Shown: piece by piece, positions 58,516-64,000 of the stretch
How positions within the stretch are numbered: the stretch's first letter is position 1
Layout: every line of letters begins with the position of its first letter
Origin: Myxococcota bacterium
GTDB taxonomy: Bacteria > Myxococcota_A > UBA9160 > UBA6930
NCBI GenBank assembly: GCA_965223705.1
Contig: OZ245015.1
Span: 2,752,001 to 2,816,000, forward strand
DNA length: 64,000 bases
Reading direction: 5' to 3'
Translations under genes and position numbers: made by a program
The notes under the pieces: generated by a model
The model's database searches: none
What the model saw: the letters and a program-made list of their open reading frames with translations, nothing else
Told to the model about the DNA's origin: nothing

Positions 58516-60231
58516 ATGAGTGGAAAAGTCCCGAACGGTGCCGAGCGACTGGTGCAGTGCCTCGAGAGAGAAGGTGTCGAGTACATCTTCGGCCTCTCGG
58601 GTGGCGCAGCGATCCCGATCTTTGACGCGCTCGTCGATTCCGACATCGAACTCGTCCTGGTGCGACACGAACAGGGCGGAACGCACATGGCCGACGGCTA
58701 CGCGCGCGCATCGGGTCGTCCCGGCGTGGTTCTCGTCACGTCGGGACCGGGCGCGACGAACACGGTCACCGGTTTGTTGACGGCGCATATGGACTCGGCG
58801 CCGATCATCGTGATCACCGGCCAGACCATCAGTCCGATGCTCGGGAAGGACGCATTCCAGGAAGCGGACGTCACCGGCATCACCTATCCCGTTGTCAAAC
58901 ACAGTTATCTGGTGAAGGACGCGGCCGACGTTCCGCGAGTCATGCGCGAAGCGTTCCATATCGCGACGACAGGGCGCCCGGGACCGGTGCTGATCGACAT
59001 GCCGAAAGACGTGAGCTCGGCGCCCTGCGAAGCCGCGTTTGTCGACGATGTGGATCTGCCCGGGTACGAGATCCCCGGCCGAGCCGCGGCAACGGACCTC
59101 ACTGCCGCTGCTGAGTTTCTCAAGGCCGCCAAACGCCCCCTGCTCTACGTCGGCCATGGCGCCGTCATTTCCGGCGCGGGCAAGGCGATCGTGAGTCTCG
59201 CTGAGAAACTCCGCGCGCCGATCACGAACACGTTGCTCGGCAAGGGCGCGTGTGATGAATCGCATCCTCTCCACCTCGGCATGCTCGGCATGCACGGGAC
59301 AGCGTACGCCAACAAGGCCGTGGCCGGTTGCGATCTCATCATGGCCATCGGCGCCCGCTGGGACGACCGGATCACCGGCAAGGTCGACGAGTTCTGTCGC
59401 GACGCGGTGAAGATCCACGTCGATATCGATCCGGCGGAGTTCAACAAGATCATCGTTCCCGACGTGTCGCTCCTCGGAGACGCTCGCCTCGTCATCGAGG
59501 ACCTGCTGCCACTCGTCGAAGCGGCGGACACCGACGCCTGGCTGCGTCAGTGCGCAGCGTGGCGACGCAGCTATCCGCTCAAGTACCCCAAGAAAGGCGG
59601 CTTGCGAGCGCAGCACGTCCTCGATCGGCTGCACCACGTCACCGGTGGCAACGCGCTCATCACGACCGACGTCGGGCAGCACCAGATGTGGGCGGCGCAA
59701 TTTTGCCTCACGCGCGAGAACCGCCACTGGCTCTCCTCCGGTGGTGCGGGGACGATGGGCTACGGCTTTCCGGCGGCCATCGGTGCCCAGCTCGCTCGCC
59801 CGGACGCCGACGTATGGGCGGTCGTCGGCGACGGCGGCTTTCAGATGACCATGCCCGAGCTTGCGACGGCGGCCATTCAGAAGCTTCCCCTGACCTGCCT
59901 CATCATCAACAACAACTACCTCGGGATGGTCCGACAGTGGCAGGAGCTGTTCTTTGAAAATCGCTTGTCGGGCGTCGACCTCGAAGGCAATCCCGATTTC
60001 GTCAAGCTCGCCGAGGCCTACGGCGTGAAGGCGCTGCGCATCAAGCGACCTGCCGACATCGACCGCCGCTTGCAGGAAGCCCACGAATACCGCGACGGAC
60101 CGTGCGTCGTCGTCGCCGAAGTCGTGAAAGAAGACAACGTCTTCCCGATGATTCCCGCGGGCGCGCCGGTGGCCAACATGATCATCGAACCTCCGAAAGA
60201 GAAGTTGGAGAAGCCCAGTGGCAGCACCTAA
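58516..60231 (+). CDS. ilvB: Acetolactate synthase large subunit
   Basis: RHEQ, TSGPGATN, DAFQE, GMLGMHG, DVGQHQMWAAQ, GDGGFQM. Confidence 0.96.
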   Translation: MSGKVPNGAERLVQCLEREGVEYIFGLSGGAAIPIFDALVDSDIELVLVRHEQGGTHMADGYARASGRPGVVLVTSGPGATNTVTGLLTAHMDSAPIIVITGQTISPMLGKDAFQEADVTGITYPVVKHSYLVKDAADVPRVMREAFHIATTGRPGPVLIDMPKDVSSAPCEAAFVDDVDLPGYEIPGRAAATDLTAAAEFLKAAKRPLLYVGHGAVISGAGKAIVSLAEKLRAPITNTLLGKGACDESHPLHLGMLGMHGTAYANKAVAGCDLIMAIGARWDDRITGKVDEFCRDAVKIHVDIDPAEFNKIIVPDVSLLGDARLVIEDLLPLVEAADTDAWLRQCAAWRRSYPLKYPKKGGLRAQHVLDRLHHVTGGNALITTDVGQHQMWAAQFCLTRENRHWLSSGGAGTMGYGFPAAIGAQLARPDADVWAVVGDGGFQMTMPELATAAIQKLPLTCLIINNNYLGMVRQWQELFFENRLSGVDLEGNPDFVKLAEAYGVKALRIKRPADIDRRLQEAHEYRDGPCVVVAEVVKEDNVFPMIPAGAPVANMIIEPPKEKLEKPSGST

Positions 60232-60748
60232 TCCGGTGGCGACCGCAGCTTCCGAAAAAGCGAACTCGCACACGATCTCGGTCTTCGTGAACAACAAACC
60301 GGGGGTCTTGGTGCGCGTGGCCTTGGTGTTCTCACGGCGGGGCTACAACATCGAAAGCCTCGTGGTGAGTCCCGCGGCCCGCGGCGAGTTCTCTCGGATG
60401 ACGATCGTGTGCACGGGAGACAGCGAAACCCTCGAGCAGATCATCAAGCAGCTGTCGAAGCTGATCGACGTGGTCCACGCGATCGACCATACAGCAGACG
60501 GCTCGGTCGAAACCGAGATCGCGCTGATCAAAGTCGAATCCGAGCTGACCGAGCGGACTCAGGTCTTGCAAATCGCCGAGCACTACAACGCCAAGGTCGT
60601 CGACTACGCGGCCGATTCGCTGATGCTCCGCGTCTACGGTTCGAGCGAGAAGCTCGACGCCGTGATCGAGTTGCTTCGCCCCTACGGCCTTCGCGAACTC
60701 GTACGCTCGGGCAAGATCCTCATGACGCGAGGTGTCCGTCCGACCTAG
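60218..60748 (+). CDS. ilvN: Acetolactate synthase small subunit
   Basis: NKPGVLVRVALVFSRRGYNIESL, EQIIKQLSKLIDV, ELVRSG. Confidence 0.95.
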   Translation: MAAPNPVATAASEKANSHTISVFVNNKPGVLVRVALVFSRRGYNIESLVVSPAARGEFSRMTIVCTGDSETLEQIIKQLSKLIDVVHAIDHTADGSVETEIALIKVESELTERTQVLQIAEHYNAKVVDYAADSLMLRVYGSSEKLDAVIELLRPYGLRELVRSGKILMTRGVRPT

Positions 60749-60751
60749 CGA

Positions 60752-62434
<1,683 letters not shown>

Positions 62435-62488
62435 GCTTCTCCTCCGATGGCCCCAGAGGAGCCGCTCTGGAGGTTACCCTAGAGCGCC

Positions 62489-63487
62489 GTGGGTCAACTT
62501 CGCGACGCCCGAGCCCTGATCGCCGCGAGCGGCGTGATCGACCTGCACGTCGACAGCTTCATTTGGACGCGCGTGATGGGCTACAACCTCGCGCGCGCTC
62601 ACCGCCCTCACTTTTCGTGGTTTGGCGGCCACGCCGACCTCCCCAGGTTGCGCGACGCCGGATTCAGCGGCGCGTTCTTTGCCGTAACGACCCAGCCGTT
62701 CCGGCGCGCAGCATCCCGGGATCGGGTGTGGAGGTGCAACCTCTCGCGCCTTACTCGAGAGTTCTCCGCGGAGGACAGCACCTTCGTCGAGTCCGCAGCG
62801 GAGTACCGGAGCGTGCGCGGCGAGGGACGGTTCGCACTCTTCCTCGCCATCCAAGGTGGCAACTGCTTCGATGCGACGTCGCTCTCCGAACCCCTCCCGC
62901 GAGAGCTCCTCCGCGTCACCCTCATCCACCTGACGAACTCGCGACTCGGCGGAACCAGCGCGCCGGCGGGCGGCAACGCACCACTCACGCCTTTGGGGCG
63001 TTCCTGGGTCGAGCGCCTCGACTCGGAGCGCATCCTGGTCGACTTGGCTCACGCGAGCGAGCGCACTTTCTGGGACGTCCTGCGAACGACTCCGCCCGGC
63101 GTTCCGCGCATCGCATCGCACACGGGCGTTTCCGCCGTGCGACCCCACTGGCGAAACCTGGGCGACGCTCAGTTGCGGGCGCTCGCGGATAGTGGCGGCT
63201 GCGCGGGGATCATCTTTCACGGGCCCTACTTGCGCGGCGGGTTGCGCCGCGCCGAGGTCGACGACGCCGCGGACCACATCGCGCACGTCATCGACGTCGC
63301 GGGCGAGGACCTCCCCGCGATCGGCAGCGACTGGGACGGCGCGATTCGTCCCGCTCGAGGGCTCGAAAATCCGGGGGGCATCGCCGCCCTCGTCGCGGCC
63401 ATGAGACGCCGCGGGATCCCACCTCGACAGGTCGAGAAAGTTCTCGCCGGGAATGCCCTGCGCGTACTAGCGACGCTTCGCGGCTGA
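62489..63487 (+). CDS. Membrane dipeptidase (M19) family protein
   Basis: IDLHVD, VDLAH, ASHT, RNL.D, IGSDWDG, GNALRV. Confidence 0.82.
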   Translation: MGQLRDARALIAASGVIDLHVDSFIWTRVMGYNLARAHRPHFSWFGGHADLPRLRDAGFSGAFFAVTTQPFRRAASRDRVWRCNLSRLTREFSAEDSTFVESAAEYRSVRGEGRFALFLAIQGGNCFDATSLSEPLPRELLRVTLIHLTNSRLGGTSAPAGGNAPLTPLGRSWVERLDSERILVDLAHASERTFWDVLRTTPPGVPRIASHTGVSAVRPHWRNLGDAQLRALADSGGCAGIIFHGPYLRGGLRRAEVDDAADHIAHVIDVAGEDLPAIGSDWDGAIRPARGLENPGGIAALVAAMRRRGIPPRQVEKVLAGNALRVLATLRG

Positions 63488-63497
63488 GTCCGCCCGC

Positions 63498-64000
63498 TCA
63501 GTCGCTGTAGTCGAACGGCGTCGAGAAGTGACGTTCGATGACATGATCGCGGTGCGCGAGCAAGGCGGAGGACAGCGCCGCGGCGACCTGTGGATCCGCC
63601 AAGGCGATCTCGAACATGGGGCGCGCGCCGGGCAGAAGCGGCATGGTCGCCTCCGGCAGCGGCGAGAGGAGGAGAGACATCGCGGCCCAGTGCAGATCGA
63701 GCGCGGTGACCTGAGCTCCCACCATGTAGGGACTTCCGCTCGACGCATTCGCGTCGAGCTGCGCATCGAGAAGCTTCAACCGCGAAGCGACTTCGATCGC
63801 TGCACGAGAAGCGTTTTCCGACGAGAACCCCCATTTTGCCGCCATGCTCTGGATGGCTCCCGGAGCGTCCGGAGCGGCCATCGCGGGCGCGAACATCATG
63901 TGACGCGTCCACCAGCCGATCCCGAGATCGCCGGACACTTCGTGGGTCAACCCGACGACCCGCACGCGATCCTCGCCTTCCTCGGGAAGGAGCGAGGGCT
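63498..64000 (-). CDS. Glutathione S-transferase-like protein (5' part outside window)
   Basis: GST C-terminal pattern YMVGAQVTALDLHWA; the frame is open to the window edge. Confidence 0.6.
   Translation of the reverse strand, partial: PSLLPEEGEDRVRVVGLTHEVSGDLGIGWWTRHMMFAPAMAAPDAPGAIQSMAAKWGFSSENASRAAIEVASRLKLLDAQLDANASSGSPYMVGAQVTALDLHWAAMSLLLSPLPEATMPLLPGARPMFEIALADPQVAAALSSALLAHRDHVIERHFSTPFDYSD

Overview
A gene-dense, high-GC bacterial chromosomal segment. A diderm, possibly Myxococcota/Binatia-like lineage is inferred from the TonB receptor, lipoproteins and gene content; this is not established. I see no CRISPR array, rRNA, integrase or transposase. Housekeeping genes include gcvT-H-PA-PB, cysteine synthase with cystathionine gamma-lyase, fumC, a Fur-family regulator, uvrA, moeB, a ribB fusion, argE, ilvB/ilvN/ilvD and three tRNAs (Sec-UCA, Leu-CAA, Ala-GGC). 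The main feature is a ~13 kb aromatic/halo-aromatic catabolic locus made of two convergent gene runs. The first is a rearranged multicomponent phenol hydroxylase (order P-K-L-M-N-O, with an internal sigma-54 promoter) followed by a short chlorocatechol-type 1,2-dioxygenase. The second is catI-catJ-pcaF, a Cys-hairpin lipoprotein, a CMD protein, 2-aminophenol 1,6-dioxygenase amnB/amnA and a cytoplasmic B12-dependent catabolic reductive dehalogenase. The window also hides a selenoprotein that the ORF track splits in two: a stand-alone GrdB/PrdB-like protein with a U-x-x-C motif and a bacterial SECIS hairpin, with tRNA-Sec in the same window. Other notable items are a DUF2946-type (CxxC...RPPP) putative arrest-peptide uORF before a ZnuD-like receptor, a tandem pair of tiny paralogues behind a structured RNA element, a putative C5-dicarboxylyl-CoA operon and a PD-(D/E)XK-DinG helicase fusion. 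All family assignments come from motif recognition without database searches.
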